A stretch of 64,000 nt of DNA from Candidatus Poribacteria bacterium (GCA_963663765.2 CAXXUA010000005.1:1216001-1280000), one strand, 5' to 3'. Numbered from the stretch's first letter, positions 38,160 through 49,424 are shown. Numbers and translations are program-made. Notes: a model not told the origin generated them from the sequence alone.

Positions 38160-39221
38160 TTGATGAATACAACAGCAATTTCAACACTCATAGAAAACAA
38201 AATCACCGAAAAGATATTTCCTGGCGCTGTTGTCGCAATCCTCAATAAAGACAAAGTGATCTACCACGCAGCTTTCGGACAGCGCATCATAAAACCGAAA
38301 TGTGCCCCCATGCTCCCCGACACGTTGTTTGACCTCGCTTCCCTAACAAAACCTATCGTCATCGGAACACTTGCTATGCTGCTGGTAGCATCCAAAGACT
38401 TATCGTTAAACGAACCAGCACAGACATATCTACCCACATTCAAACGTCCACACATCACATGCCGTCACCTACTCACGCATACCTCCGGGTTACCTGCTTG
38501 GAAACCACTCTATATAGAAGCAGCTTCTCCAGATACCGTGATAGAACATTTGAGGGATATGCCGCTTGAATCAGCTCCCGGTGAGAAGGTGACCTACAGT
38601 TGTTTGGGATATATCCTGATGGGAAAACTCATCTCCACTATCACGGGAGAACCTTTAGACAATCTGGCACACAACGCCATCTTTAAACCCCTCGGCATGA
38701 ATCGAACGCAATACAACCCACAACCTCAAATGCATGACAACTGTGCAGCAACAGAAGATTCAAATAGCTTCGAACGCAGAATCGTAAAATCGGGACAACA
38801 CGGTCGTTCTTATCGTGGACACAACTGGCGTGAAGGTGTTATTATCGGGGAGGTCCACGATGAAAATGCCAATTTTCTGGGAGGTGTTTCAGGCAATGCA
38901 GGGTTATTCTCAAATACAAGAGACCTCACCACCTATTGTCAGATGCTACTTCAAAATGGTGACAAACTTTTGTCCACAGATAATATCAAGGCATTAGCAA
39001 CACCACAGACACCCCCCAAAGAAACCGAACAACGGAGTATTGGATGGCACATCTTAGCTGACGGATCAATGTATCATACCGGTTTCACCGGTACATCAAT
39101 CCGAATTGATCTTGAAAAAGGGATCGCTGCTATACTGCTTACAAATCGGGTCCACCCAGATGCACAACGTACTGGCATCATAGAATGCCGTAATCAATTC
39201 CACAGGATAGTCTTCGGATGA
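38160..39221 (+). CDS. serine hydrolase, beta-lactamase/AmiE-like
   Basis: FDLASLTK (SxxK), LLTHTSG, YS, VHDEN, HTGFTG. Confidence 0.9.
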   Translation: MMNTTAISTLIENKITEKIFPGAVVAILNKDKVIYHAAFGQRIIKPKCAPMLPDTLFDLASLTKPIVIGTLAMLLVASKDLSLNEPAQTYLPTFKRPHITCRHLLTHTSGLPAWKPLYIEAASPDTVIEHLRDMPLESAPGEKVTYSCLGYILMGKLISTITGEPLDNLAHNAIFKPLGMNRTQYNPQPQMHDNCAATEDSNSFERRIVKSGQHGRSYRGHNWREGVIIGEVHDENANFLGGVSGNAGLFSNTRDLTTYCQMLLQNGDKLLSTDNIKALATPQTPPKETEQRSIGWHILADGSMYHTGFTGTSIRIDLEKGIAAILLTNRVHPDAQRTGIIECRNQFHRIVFG

Positions 39222-40387
39222 TAAAACTCGGTATAACCCACCTCCTAACCGAAAAACGGGATTGGTTAAACAACAAAACTATCGGATTGATAACAAACCA
39301 CACCGCTGTTGACGAAAAATTAACCCACACAATTGAACTGTTGGAGGAATTCAATTTAGTCGCGCTATTCTCACCAGAACATGGGTTGTGGGGAGCAGCA
39401 CAAGATGGCGTCCAAATCAAAAATACAAAGTTATATCAAAATCAAAAGAATACCGACACAGAAACACAAACACTGCAGGTTTACAGCCTATATGGAACTG
39501 ACACTGTTCAATGGGTTGAAACACTGCAGAATTTAGATGTTGTTATCTACGACATACAAGATGTCGGAGCACGTTATTATACATATCTTGGCACACTGCT
39601 GGAAGTGATGAAAGCCCTTGAAAGTGCAATGAATATAGGTAAATGTGTCGAATGTATAGTAGCAGATCGTCCAAACCCTATAGGCGGCACTCACATAGAG
39701 GGACCGATGTTAGATGCCGCCTATACTTCTTTGGTAGGACCATACCCTATTCCTGTCCGTTATGGACTGACAATCGGTGAAGTCGCACAGATGTTCCATA
39801 CTGAACAAGATTTCCGCTTTCCACTCAAAATTGCTCAGATGGAAGGTTGGCATCGACAACTGTGGTCCGATGAAACAGGATTCCTTTGGGTACCACCTTC
39901 ACCGAATATGCCATCTCTTGATACTGCCACACTCTATCCCGGCACTTGCTTATTTGAAGGCACAAATGTCAGCGAAGGACGCGGAACAACAAAACCCTTT
40001 GAATACATCGGTGCACCGTGGATAAATAAAGAAACATTGATAACAGACTTATATGCGTTCAAGTTTAAAGGTGTCCTTTTTCGTCCAATTGTATTTACAC
40101 CGCAATTTTCAAAGCATAGTGGAGAGACGTGCCACGGCGTTGCAATACACATCACTGACCGAAAACTGGTGAAACCTATTGATATTGCAGTCATGATGTT
40201 GCAACTGTTGATAGATAAACACCCTAATAACTTTGAATTCCGAGAGTCACATTTTGATAGATTAGCAGGAAGTTCGGAACTTCGTGAAACACTGTTAGCA
40301 CGAACCCCTTGTGAAAACATTATTGAGTCATGGTCATCTGACCTTGAACAATTTCAAGAAAGACGAAAACCTTATCTATTGTATTAG
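39218..40387 (+). CDS. namZ: exo-beta-N-acetylmuramidase (DUF1343)
   Basis: LFSPEHG, YDIQDVGARYYTY, DRPNP, PPSPNMP, SEGRGT. Confidence 0.88.
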   Translation: MIKLGITHLLTEKRDWLNNKTIGLITNHTAVDEKLTHTIELLEEFNLVALFSPEHGLWGAAQDGVQIKNTKLYQNQKNTDTETQTLQVYSLYGTDTVQWVETLQNLDVVIYDIQDVGARYYTYLGTLLEVMKALESAMNIGKCVECIVADRPNPIGGTHIEGPMLDAAYTSLVGPYPIPVRYGLTIGEVAQMFHTEQDFRFPLKIAQMEGWHRQLWSDETGFLWVPPSPNMPSLDTATLYPGTCLFEGTNVSEGRGTTKPFEYIGAPWINKETLITDLYAFKFKGVLFRPIVFTPQFSKHSGETCHGVAIHITDRKLVKPIDIAVMMLQLLIDKHPNNFEFRESHFDRLAGSSELRETLLARTPCENIIESWSSDLEQFQERRKPYLLY

Positions 40388-40415
40388 TTAACTGAAAACT
40401 AACAAAACAACTATT

Positions 40416-41591
40416 ATGAAACCATTTTACGAACTAACACAAAAACAAAAAAAGAATGTTGTCGGACTCATGAGCGGCACATCTGCGGATGGCGTAGATG
40501 TTGCACTTGTAGAAGTAAAAGGCTCCGGTCTGACCACAGACATAGTATTAATAGCATTTGAGACAATTCCATATACACCTGAAATCCGCACGAGGATATT
40601 TAACCTTTTTCGCGTAGAAACGGCTAGTGTAGACGAAATCTGCACGATGAACTTTCTGATAGGCAGACTATTCGCAGAAAGTGTTATGACGGTATTAGAA
40701 AAGGTTGGCATCACACCAGAACAGGTTGATCTCATCGGTTCACACGGACAAACCATTCACCACATGCCCACAGCAACAACACCAGCCACTTTACAGATTG
40801 GTGAGCCTGCTGTGATCGCACATGAAACAGGCATTCCAACCATTGCTGATTTCCGTGTCGCAGATGTCGCCGCTGGCGGTGAAGGCGCACCACTGATCGC
40901 TTATCCCGATTATCTGCTATTCCACCATCCCACACAGACAATCGGTCTTTTGAACATCGGAGGTATTGCGAACCTCACAGTGTTACCAGCAGGTAAAGGG
41001 ATTGAAGCCGTACACGCGTCAGACACAGGACCAGGGAATATGATTCTTGATGCATGTGTTGAAAAACTTACAAACGGTGCAAAGCAGTTTGATGAAAATG
41101 GGGAATTAGCAAGACAAGGTAAAGTCTGTGAAACCCCTTTAACACAATGGCTAACTCATCCTTTTTTCGAATTGACACCACCGAAAACAACTGGACGTGA
41201 GATGTTCGGAACAACGTATGCGGATACTTGCTTGCAACAGATAATGGCACAGGATATTTCCAAATATGATGGACTCGCAACGATAACTGCACTCACAGTT
41301 GCAAGTATATCCCGATATTATACGGATTTTGTTGCATCCAAAACACCTTTGGACATTCTGTACGTCAGCGGTGGTGGCACGCGAAACCCACTGATCATGC
41401 AAGGTCTTGCTGACGCATTCACACCAATCCCAGTTGTTGATATTGCAGAAAGGGGTGTTTCAGGCGATGCAAAAGAGGCAATCGCTTTTGCTATCCTTGC
41501 TAACGAAGCAGCACACGGTAATTTTGGGAATGTGCCAAATGCAACAGGTGCATCATGCAACAAAATCTTGGGCAAGTTTGTTTGTCCGTAA
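40416..41591 (+). CDS. anmK: anhydro-N-acetylmuramic acid kinase
   Basis: GLMSGTSADGVD, GSHGQT, DFR..D.AAGGEGAPL, LNIGGIAN, DTGPGN, KEAIAFA. Confidence 0.95.
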   Translation: MKPFYELTQKQKKNVVGLMSGTSADGVDVALVEVKGSGLTTDIVLIAFETIPYTPEIRTRIFNLFRVETASVDEICTMNFLIGRLFAESVMTVLEKVGITPEQVDLIGSHGQTIHHMPTATTPATLQIGEPAVIAHETGIPTIADFRVADVAAGGEGAPLIAYPDYLLFHHPTQTIGLLNIGGIANLTVLPAGKGIEAVHASDTGPGNMILDACVEKLTNGAKQFDENGELARQGKVCETPLTQWLTHPFFELTPPKTTGREMFGTTYADTCLQQIMAQDISKYDGLATITALTVASISRYYTDFVASKTPLDILYVSGGGTRNPLIMQGLADAFTPIPVVDIAERGVSGDAKEAIAFAILANEAAHGNFGNVPNATGASCNKILGKFVCP

Positions 41592-41594
41592 TCA

Positions 41595-42599
41595 CTAAAA
41601 CTTGACACGGAGGGAAATGCGGTTATTGATACCTAAGTCCGGTTGTCGTTGATAGGCGTAGTCTACATGAAACGCTGCCCCCGTAACAAATCGGAGTTGA
41701 AGTCCAGCACCAGCAGTGAAAAACATCGCGCGGGAAGTGCCGTTACGACCATCTAACCCGCAACGAAGTGCTAACAACTCAAAGAGAATATACTCTGCTC
41801 CCGCATGGAATTCATAGTCGTTACGGGTATCTACATCAGCAGCCAAAGTGAGTTGACTGCTAAAAACAGGAAGCTTCTGATGGTAGGCGATGCCTATTTT
41901 GAAACGCGGCAAAATTGTCTCTGTGTGAGGGGTTTCATCTGCAGTGTCTGGTGGTGTGTTCCAATACAGTTTCGTTGTGAGGAAATCACTCGCAACAACT
42001 CCGAAAGAGAATGCAGCCGGTCTTTCTACATCCGTTTTCAAGAGCATGCCAATATCACTCCCACCGCCAATAGCGTTCGTACTCCGATACGCATCAATAT
42101 AGAGCAGTTTCAGACTGGCACCGAAATGAATAGACATATCTCTTGGCAAATTTGCGAAGTTTCGCGCCCCACTCAGTAATATAGCATTGCTCGTATTACT
42201 AAATGTACCAGAGACATAAGGACGATTGTTAGGTCCAACAGGCTTGCCGGCAAGGGGGATACGCGTGAATGGAATATCATCCACACCGACACGTAACCAA
42301 CTAATACCGAATGTCATTTTTGAAGAAAACGGATAGATATAACTTGCCACATCATACGCAGCAAGGTCGGCAAAAGTGGCGTGCATAAAGTTAAATTCGT
42401 GATGTGTCAACTGCGAAATACCAGCTGGGTTATAGTTGGTAGTGCTCGCTTCATCTGCAATGGCAGTAAAGGCATTTCCCATACCTAAAGGTCGCGCACC
42501 TGTTCCCAACGTGAGAAAATCTGCAGTATATGTTACACCATCAGCTGTCGGCAACACACCATAAAACAATAGTAGATATATAAAAAGATATTTTTTCAT
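41595..42599 (-). CDS. PorV/PorQ-family outer-membrane beta-barrel
   Basis: FLTLGTGARPLGMGNAF..NPAG; signal peptide; terminal Phe. Confidence 0.8.
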   Translation of the reverse strand: MKKYLFIYLLLFYGVLPTADGVTYTADFLTLGTGARPLGMGNAFTAIADEASTTNYNPAGISQLTHHEFNFMHATFADLAAYDVASYIYPFSSKMTFGISWLRVGVDDIPFTRIPLAGKPVGPNNRPYVSGTFSNTSNAILLSGARNFANLPRDMSIHFGASLKLLYIDAYRSTNAIGGGSDIGMLLKTDVERPAAFSFGVVASDFLTTKLYWNTPPDTADETPHTETILPRFKIGIAYHQKLPVFSSQLTLAADVDTRNDYEFHAGAEYILFELLALRCGLDGRNGTSRAMFFTAGAGLQLRFVTGAAFHVDYAYQRQPDLGINNRISLRVKF

Positions 42600-42607
42600 G
42601 TTGATGT

Positions 42608-45600
42608 CTATTTCAATTTCATCATTTTCAAAATGTGGGTCTGGTTTTCTTCACCATCCGAACCTTCAACAATCATTTTTCCGTAGTAGACTCCATTTGC
42701 AACCTCGTTGCCGTCACTATCCTTACCATCCCATTTTAGTTTGTTAAATCCTGCCCCTGGTGGTTCATCTGTTTCCAGTTTCCTTATGAGTCTTCCGGTA
42801 AGGGTATATATTTTGACAGTGAGCGACTTAGCAGGTCGCGTTAAGTCAAATACCACAGTAGTTTCCCGAGAGAAAGGATTTGGGAAATTCAAGGGTTCCA
42901 CTAATTGTAGTTTGCCGTGCACCTGGAAACTTACTTCACGTTCACTCGTATTTCCATCAAGATCACTTGCAATGAGGCGAATTTGATATTCGCGAGGCTC
43001 AAGTTGGTGCGAATTATATGTCAACACCGTTTGCTTTGAACCTGGATGCTGCGTCAATCGGTAGTCTGTTTCTGGGATAGTTTCATATTCACCAAGCCGT
43101 CCTAATGCAAGCTCAAATGGACGCGTGATATAGTCAATACCACGTGCATCAGAAAGTGTTGCCTGAATAAGAGGCTTATCATCAACCGGGGAACCAGTAA
43201 CAAAATGCTGTTGATTACCGATGGTTAATTGGATGTCGGGTGGGATTGTATCTTTACTGTGCAGACATGTAATATGCCCCAAAAACGCGGTTGTTGCTTG
43301 GACAGTTCCCACCATAGAAGTATCAAATAGGAATCTGTCCCCCGCAGCAAAAGGTGTAGGTCCCTGCGTAATCAGCAGATTCAATCCGTACTCGCTGTGT
43401 TCAAAAGGTTCACCGACTGTACCATATATGGAAGTTCCATTCTTTGTTAAGACACCTGTGTTTTTTCCTTCAATCTGATACTCAGTTGATGAAACAAACA
43501 TGATGAGCCATGTATCTTGCGGAATTGTTGTCTCTTCAGGCAAATCAATGTATTGAATAGTACCATTTCCCCTGTTTCTGTTGTAAAAAGAGGACACATA
43601 AGATTCCGTAACATCCTCGCCTCCTTCAAGTTCGGAAATACGGAAACGCAACATATCACCAAATTGAAAAGGTGTTGCTCCAAATTCAAAGTCAATAGTA
43701 AAATTTAGGGATTCAGGAAGTAGTGTCGTTCCTGTTCCGCTAAAAGATACAATCGGGACCCCTCGTGCTACCTCTTCTATACGTTTATTATCTGATGTTG
43801 CCACCTCATTGGTTTCCTCTGGCATAAATAGCAGGCGGTATGTGCGTGCAGTCTCCATGAGGATTATCCATGACCCTATCTCCGCTCCATCCGTTGAAAT
43901 AACAACATCATTAATCCTACCATCACCTACGTTTTCATTCCGGATTCGGGTGGCACGTAAAGATGTGTAAATGCTACCGTTAGATCGTCTCTTAATTTCA
44001 GAATTCAGCTTTGCCCAATTTGCTATAGTATCAAGCCAAAGATATGCGCCAATGCTCTTGACACGTTCTTCTAATGCCGTGCTAACGTTTCCTTCAACAC
44101 CTTCCCCCTCGTCTGACATATCCATATCACTACCAAACAGTTCACGTATGATCTGCTGCTGCATTGCAGTAAAATCAAAATCAAGTTCAACGGTAACTGG
44201 TGTTTGGAGTTCTAATAAGTTCCCCGCAGCATCGTTGAGATGTACAGAATAACCAAGTAATGATGGATGAGTCGGTAGTGCCACAGTACCCAACATACTG
44301 TCTGCCTGAACTCTATTTTGTTCACTTTTTATATCAAGAAATGGTTCATTCAGTGTTGTTTCTCTTGCGTTTCCTGTTCCACCAATAAAGTAATCAGAAG
44401 CTATTTCTACAGAATCTAATACTATAGGTTGTGTTGTGAGAACATAAGGTTTATTCTGTAAAACACCTGATGGACTACTTATCCGTAAGCCGCCATCAAC
44501 ACTCTTCACACTCGTTTGTTCTGCACCGATAATACTACTGGAAACTGTAAGCTGTCTATATCCAATATTATCTCTCTCATTATTTTCAAGCACTTTACCC
44601 GGTTTATCAGTTTCATCAAAAACCGGATCAACGAACACAAACACGTCATGAACACCGATACGCAGGGATACAGGAATAGCAACTGTAGCAATAGGATTAG
44701 TGTTGAGTGGGTCGGGTATATATGCATTAGAACGTTGATATAGCGGATTACGGATAACCCAGTCGTTTGGTTTTATCAATGTTCTACCAAGTAGATTTGC
44801 ATCATGATCAATGACACCGTTATCATCTGTATCAGGATTTCCGCTAAAAAAGACAACTTCAACCTCAACTTCAGAAAGTCCTAACACATCAAGCAATTCG
44901 CTATCAGGAATATCAACATTTTGCGAATTCACGGTACCAGCAACTTCAATATCAGCAGACAAATACTGCTCATACGAAGCATTTTCCTGTACATCCAAAG
45001 TATATTTAATCTGCTCATTTAATGTCCCACGTTTAGATACTACAGAAAGATTAGGGTACGTATATGGATAGAATCTGAAATAATCGGAAAGGACAATAAA
45101 CCCATCCGTATCCGTGACCTCAATATCGTACCTAAAGGCGGAACCATCTGTCGGAGCAGGCAAAGGTTCAGGCACCTTCCACCACCTTGCTGTCGGTGTT
45201 AAAGATGATGTTGATTCCGATGGCTCAAGTAAAACCTTTTCCCGAATACCTGTTTTTGGATGCCGCCACTCTAATACGACAGAAACTGTTTCCTTCTTAT
45301 CATCAGAAACCTGTACCGATATTTCGATCATGTCCTCACCTGAAGACGTTGTAACAACTTCAGGTTTGATATCAAGTATTTTGGGGATACCGACAGTAAA
45401 ACTATCTCCACCAACAGCGATCTCGGTGGCATTTTCAGCATAATACTCTAAATGTCCATCCCCAGTTGAAATGTTTTCTGGTACTTCTATCCCCACTGCA
45501 GGATAATTACCTCGGTTTACAGAGATCGTCTTTGTAACAATAACATCACCAGTGTAATACTCTTGCGGGTTACCATTCTTGTCTAAACCAACCGCCTGTT

Positions 45601-48600
45601 TACCGGGAAAAACAGCTTTGACTGTGAGTGTTCCATCAAAATTGGTATTACGCGTGAAAATCTTCCGCTTTTCAGCAGCATTGTAACGTGCATTCTGGAT
45701 GAATCCAGCAGAAATCTTGAGAGTATCACCTGGTTTTACCGTCTTCGTCTCAATAGCAGGCAGGATTTCATAATCCGCCATGGCGATCTGCATAGCGGGG
45801 TCACCAAAGAGCGTGTATGCCGACATCACATCAAGTTGTCCCGTGCCTTCCGTTAAGAGAAGTTCAAGCTTAGAATCAAAACTAAGCGGACCGAGTTGTC
45901 GGATATTACGTTGAAACAACATATCAAAAATAATTCGGTTGAGTGCCTCATTCCCAAACCCATAAGTTAGCCTTGTCGCACTGAGCATCGCTATGATTCC
46001 CCCTCTCTCTTTGCGAAGTAGTTTTTCCGCCATACTCGGCTGTCCAGGGGAATCAAAATAACCGTTATAACAACTCAATACAAGCATAAAGGGAAGATGT
46101 GTTGTTTCTTCAACCTTGTCAACCGCATTGTTATCAAAAATGGATTCGTGCGCCCAAACAATTCTCCCACCATGTCCTGCATATTGGGCAATTACCGCTC
46201 CCTCTCCTAAAGCGTTAATAATTCTATCTTTTGCAATGTGTCGTGGTAGGGTGTCATCAAATTCTTCCGGGTTTGCTTGCACTTCATCAATTACATCTTC
46301 AAGATAGATTTCTACGGTTTCATAACCCAAACGTGTATGGTCTTTGGCGATTTCATTGAGACTCTGTTTAAAGATATGATCACCAATATTGCTAACTTCA
46401 TCATCTGCCACAGATATGACTCTTCTGCGCCAAGCACCGTTAGGCGTTTTCGATTCGTAATTAATGATCTTATCAACGACCGCATCTGCTTCCGCTTCAT
46501 TTTCAACAGTCATCCTGCCGACATAAAAATCAACAAATTCATCATAACCTGAAACTGTCGCAAACCAGTGGTCCGTTGAAGTCCGACCAAATGAATCCGT
46601 TGTAATATAATGTGTGGGTATATACCCCACAAGTTCCGGGGGGTCAGGATAAAGTTCTTTATCAATTCCACGAAAATCGTAAGTACCATCACCGAAGATT
46701 ACCAAATATGAGAGAGCAGGTGAAGCCCAATTCTGATACGCGTACGTTAAAAAACGTTTTATCCAAAGTGGATGTACGGTCCCGTCACCGAATGTGTTAT
46801 ACACATCGTTGACATCAACAACTTTAGTTCGGTACCCGCCGCCACCTAAACTTGAACGCCAGTTTGCTAATCTTTCAGCAGATTCTTTATATCTCGGATG
46901 TGTAAGTACAAGATAATCCACACCGTTCAAAGTACTTTTCAAATCACTCGGTGGAACAGTTTCTATCCGAACCGGTGTCAAGATAGCAGGTTTTGAGACA
47001 GCAATAAATTCTGTCGTCCGAGAATCTGGTACTTGAAAGGTCGCAGAGTAAGTACCATTCGGTACAACCCGAAGATCACCAGCATTTAATGCTCTGAGTC
47101 TGTCACGCATGACATCGTCTATAGTATGGTGCGTAACTTGAACTCCCTGAAGTCTGGCTGTAAGTGTGTTCCCATCGGTTTCAAAAACAGAAATCTGCGG
47201 ATCAAGAAACCCATCAATGCGAAATTGATGGGTAACACCTTGTTCTTCACTCTTATCTTCCATAGTAGGAGTACTAAAACGAAGTTTATCATTAACTGCT
47301 AAAAAAAGACGTGTATAGTAAACCCAAAATCGGTTGAGATAGATATGATAGGGATAGCGGGTTGTGTCTTCTTCAAAGGTGTCGTCAACACGCGTTAGAG
47401 ATAACACATTCATTTCACCTTGTGATGCGTCCTTGAGGTTATTCCATGCACGAAGATTCTTAGAAAGGATCACTTGTGCTTGTTGTTCCCAACGTGCAAG
47501 GTCAATCTTTATACTATTTACCGATGCCAAGATTTGGTGCGATACAGGGGTTCCACCTTGTAACACAACCTGTATTTGTGGTGTATCAAAACTCTTGGCA
47601 ATGTCATAAAGTGGGAAATTGAGACGCATTTCACCAATCTCACTGGCGTTTTTTATTCCATCCCAGTACCAAAAGTCTAATGCGTCAAACCACTTATGTT
47701 TATCGCCTTCTGAAGCATCATCCGGATGGACGAACTCAAGATTGTTACTGAGATGATCCTCCTCAAAAACAACACGCGACCGAAAAGTTGGCACTTGCAC
47801 AGCAGTTGTGTCGCTTGGACTCGCTTCTATTTGTGACACGCGGGCCGTATGTTCACCTTCAGAAGCAAGCATCAACCAATAGATGTTCCACAATGTATAC
47901 GCGTTTTTTTCATAAGGACTTACTGCATCAGTTGAACTGTGTCCCAAGAAATATATTGCATCTTCCACATCAAAACTTCCATCTACTGCTCCACTGACGT
48001 ATATTGGTATTTCTCGATCTCCATGTTTCATACGGAGTTTGTCAGGATCAACGCCAACCAAATCTACTCCCCAATCCGCGCGCAAAGACCCAGCTGTGAC
48101 TTTATAAATACCTGTATCGTCAACGAAGAGCTTATAACGAGTCTGGAGTGATTCCTCAATCAAGCCCGGGGCTGCGGGAGCGGCAGGAAGCGATCCAATT
48201 CTCGCACCAAAAATCTGGGAAACATCAGAATGAACGTTAAATAACTTGCCGTATTCTGAATAGTTGAGAATATGCTGAGCAAAAGTCTGCTCAAAAAAGG
48301 AAGAAGATCGTTTTATGCCAGTTGACGTAGCGTTAAATACACCACCTGCACTATGTGAACTTAACTGTGTTTTGAAAGGGATAGTGACTGACAGACTACT
48401 ATAAGACCGAAGTACACGGGTTTTAAGATTATACTGTACCGGATGCAACGCTAAACTGATGACGCGTTGAGAACGGATGTAACCATCCATCTCTATTCGG
48501 GCAAGCACAGATGGATATAGCGGAGTTACAACATTAGAGGTTTTTTCTCTATTATTTACAAGAAGCCTTACTCCATTTTGATTTTTTGAAGGACCTGCCG

Positions 48601-49009
48601 TAACAGAAATAGCCATGTCGTTCAGGTTTACATCAGGCGGAACAGCCAACAGCACACGCGTAACCGGTAATCTTGGATAACCCGGTTCCTGAAGCCATTC
48701 GCATTGTGTATATCGCACTGTGTCGTATGCAATACGCTGTTCAGCACCTATTATTATTGTAGCATCGGGTGTAACTTGTGTAACCTGTAATTGTGGAAGC
48801 TTAAAATTAACAGTAATCCCATCCACAGAAGTCGCTTGGGTGAGAAAATCCTTGTGGTATTCTGATTTTTTTGCAACGGCAGTAAAACTAAAAACAAAGA
48901 ATATTAATGCTAAAATGAGACTGTAAGTGGATATAACACGCACTGACATTTTGGGGTGGGGCATCAAATGACGCACTATGACATTTAGCAATGTAAAAAT
49001 GTTAGACAT
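42608..49009 (-). CDS. PorU-like C25 cysteine peptidase with propeptide and C-terminal FlgD/T9SS-CTD-like domain
   Basis: Propeptide PGYPRLP; YLVIFGDG, YAGHG and LSCYNG (His/Cys dyad), LFGDP; terminal NFPNPF..IYTLTGRLIR..WDG..ANGVY. Confidence 0.85.
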   Translation of the reverse strand: MSNIFTLLNVIVRHLMPHPKMSVRVISTYSLILALIFFVFSFTAVAKKSEYHKDFLTQATSVDGITVNFKLPQLQVTQVTPDATIIIGAEQRIAYDTVRYTQCEWLQEPGYPRLPVTRVLLAVPPDVNLNDMAISVTAGPSKNQNGVRLLVNNREKTSNVVTPLYPSVLARIEMDGYIRSQRVISLALHPVQYNLKTRVLRSYSSLSVTIPFKTQLSSHSAGGVFNATSTGIKRSSSFFEQTFAQHILNYSEYGKLFNVHSDVSQIFGARIGSLPAAPAAPGLIEESLQTRYKLFVDDTGIYKVTAGSLRADWGVDLVGVDPDKLRMKHGDREIPIYVSGAVDGSFDVEDAIYFLGHSSTDAVSPYEKNAYTLWNIYWLMLASEGEHTARVSQIEASPSDTTAVQVPTFRSRVVFEEDHLSNNLEFVHPDDASEGDKHKWFDALDFWYWDGIKNASEIGEMRLNFPLYDIAKSFDTPQIQVVLQGGTPVSHQILASVNSIKIDLARWEQQAQVILSKNLRAWNNLKDASQGEMNVLSLTRVDDTFEEDTTRYPYHIYLNRFWVYYTRLFLAVNDKLRFSTPTMEDKSEEQGVTHQFRIDGFLDPQISVFETDGNTLTARLQGVQVTHHTIDDVMRDRLRALNAGDLRVVPNGTYSATFQVPDSRTTEFIAVSKPAILTPVRIETVPPSDLKSTLNGVDYLVLTHPRYKESAERLANWRSSLGGGGYRTKVVDVNDVYNTFGDGTVHPLWIKRFLTYAYQNWASPALSYLVIFGDGTYDFRGIDKELYPDPPELVGYIPTHYITTDSFGRTSTDHWFATVSGYDEFVDFYVGRMTVENEAEADAVVDKIINYESKTPNGAWRRRVISVADDEVSNIGDHIFKQSLNEIAKDHTRLGYETVEIYLEDVIDEVQANPEEFDDTLPRHIAKDRIINALGEGAVIAQYAGHGGRIVWAHESIFDNNAVDKVEETTHLPFMLVLSCYNGYFDSPGQPSMAEKLLRKERGGIIAMLSATRLTYGFGNEALNRIIFDMLFQRNIRQLGPLSFDSKLELLLTEGTGQLDVMSAYTLFGDPAMQIAMADYEILPAIETKTVKPGDTLKISAGFIQNARYNAAEKRKIFTRNTNFDGTLTVKAVFPGKQAVGLDKNGNPQEYYTGDVIVTKTISVNRGNYPAVGIEVPENISTGDGHLEYYAENATEIAVGGDSFTVGIPKILDIKPEVVTTSSGEDMIEISVQVSDDKKETVSVVLEWRHPKTGIREKVLLEPSESTSSLTPTARWWKVPEPLPAPTDGSAFRYDIEVTDTDGFIVLSDYFRFYPYTYPNLSVVSKRGTLNEQIKYTLDVQENASYEQYLSADIEVAGTVNSQNVDIPDSELLDVLGLSEVEVEVVFFSGNPDTDDNGVIDHDANLLGRTLIKPNDWVIRNPLYQRSNAYIPDPLNTNPIATVAIPVSLRIGVHDVFVFVDPVFDETDKPGKVLENNERDNIGYRQLTVSSSIIGAEQTSVKSVDGGLRISSPSGVLQNKPYVLTTQPIVLDSVEIASDYFIGGTGNARETTLNEPFLDIKSEQNRVQADSMLGTVALPTHPSLLGYSVHLNDAAGNLLELQTPVTVELDFDFTAMQQQIIRELFGSDMDMSDEGEGVEGNVSTALEERVKSIGAYLWLDTIANWAKLNSEIKRRSNGSIYTSLRATRIRNENVGDGRINDVVISTDGAEIGSWIILMETARTYRLLFMPEETNEVATSDNKRIEEVARGVPIVSFSGTGTTLLPESLNFTIDFEFGATPFQFGDMLRFRISELEGGEDVTESYVSSFYNRNRGNGTIQYIDLPEETTIPQDTWLIMFVSSTEYQIEGKNTGVLTKNGTSIYGTVGEPFEHSEYGLNLLITQGPTPFAAGDRFLFDTSMVGTVQATTAFLGHITCLHSKDTIPPDIQLTIGNQQHFVTGSPVDDKPLIQATLSDARGIDYITRPFELALGRLGEYETIPETDYRLTQHPGSKQTVLTYNSHQLEPREYQIRLIASDLDGNTSEREVSFQVHGKLQLVEPLNFPNPFSRETTVVFDLTRPAKSLTVKIYTLTGRLIRKLETDEPPGAGFNKLKWDGKDSDGNEVANGVYYGKMIVEGSDGEENQTHILKMMKLK

Positions 49010-49140
49010 ACACGAACCTATTGAACCGTCATTTCAAATTTGCAATTGTAAATATAACTAAACCCTGAACTACTGTAATAGTTGTCTCTCTCATATTGAT
49101 GTATTGCCAGAAATAGGATTATCCGGAAATAGAAAGTATT

Positions 49141-49389
49141 TTACATACTATCCGGTAACGCAATATCAGACAATGCCGACGCATTGAGGGCTTGCTCAAA
49201 AAGCACATCAAGCACTCTAACGTCCTCAATCTCACTTATCTCATTGACAACTGATTGAGGGACATCAGTAAATTGATGCCACAGCAATTTAAGCACCGCT
49301 GCCTGTTTGGCTCGAATCACACCTTGTTTAATGCCCTGTTCAATACCCTGTTCAATGCCCTGTTGTATAAATGCTTCTGCGCCTGTCAT
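49141..49389 (-). CDS. stand-alone paralogue of the Rpn C-terminal domain (RpnS/DUF4351-like)
   Basis: 61/78 identical to the last 78 aa of the upstream Rpn; own AGAGGA RBS. Confidence 0.8.
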   Translation of the reverse strand: MTGAEAFIQQGIEQGIEQGIKQGVIRAKQAAVLKLLWHQFTDVPQSVVNEISEIEDVRVLDVLFEQALNASALSDIALPDSM

Positions 49390-49424
49390 GTTGATATATT
49401 TAATCCTCTAAATTAGACAATCCC

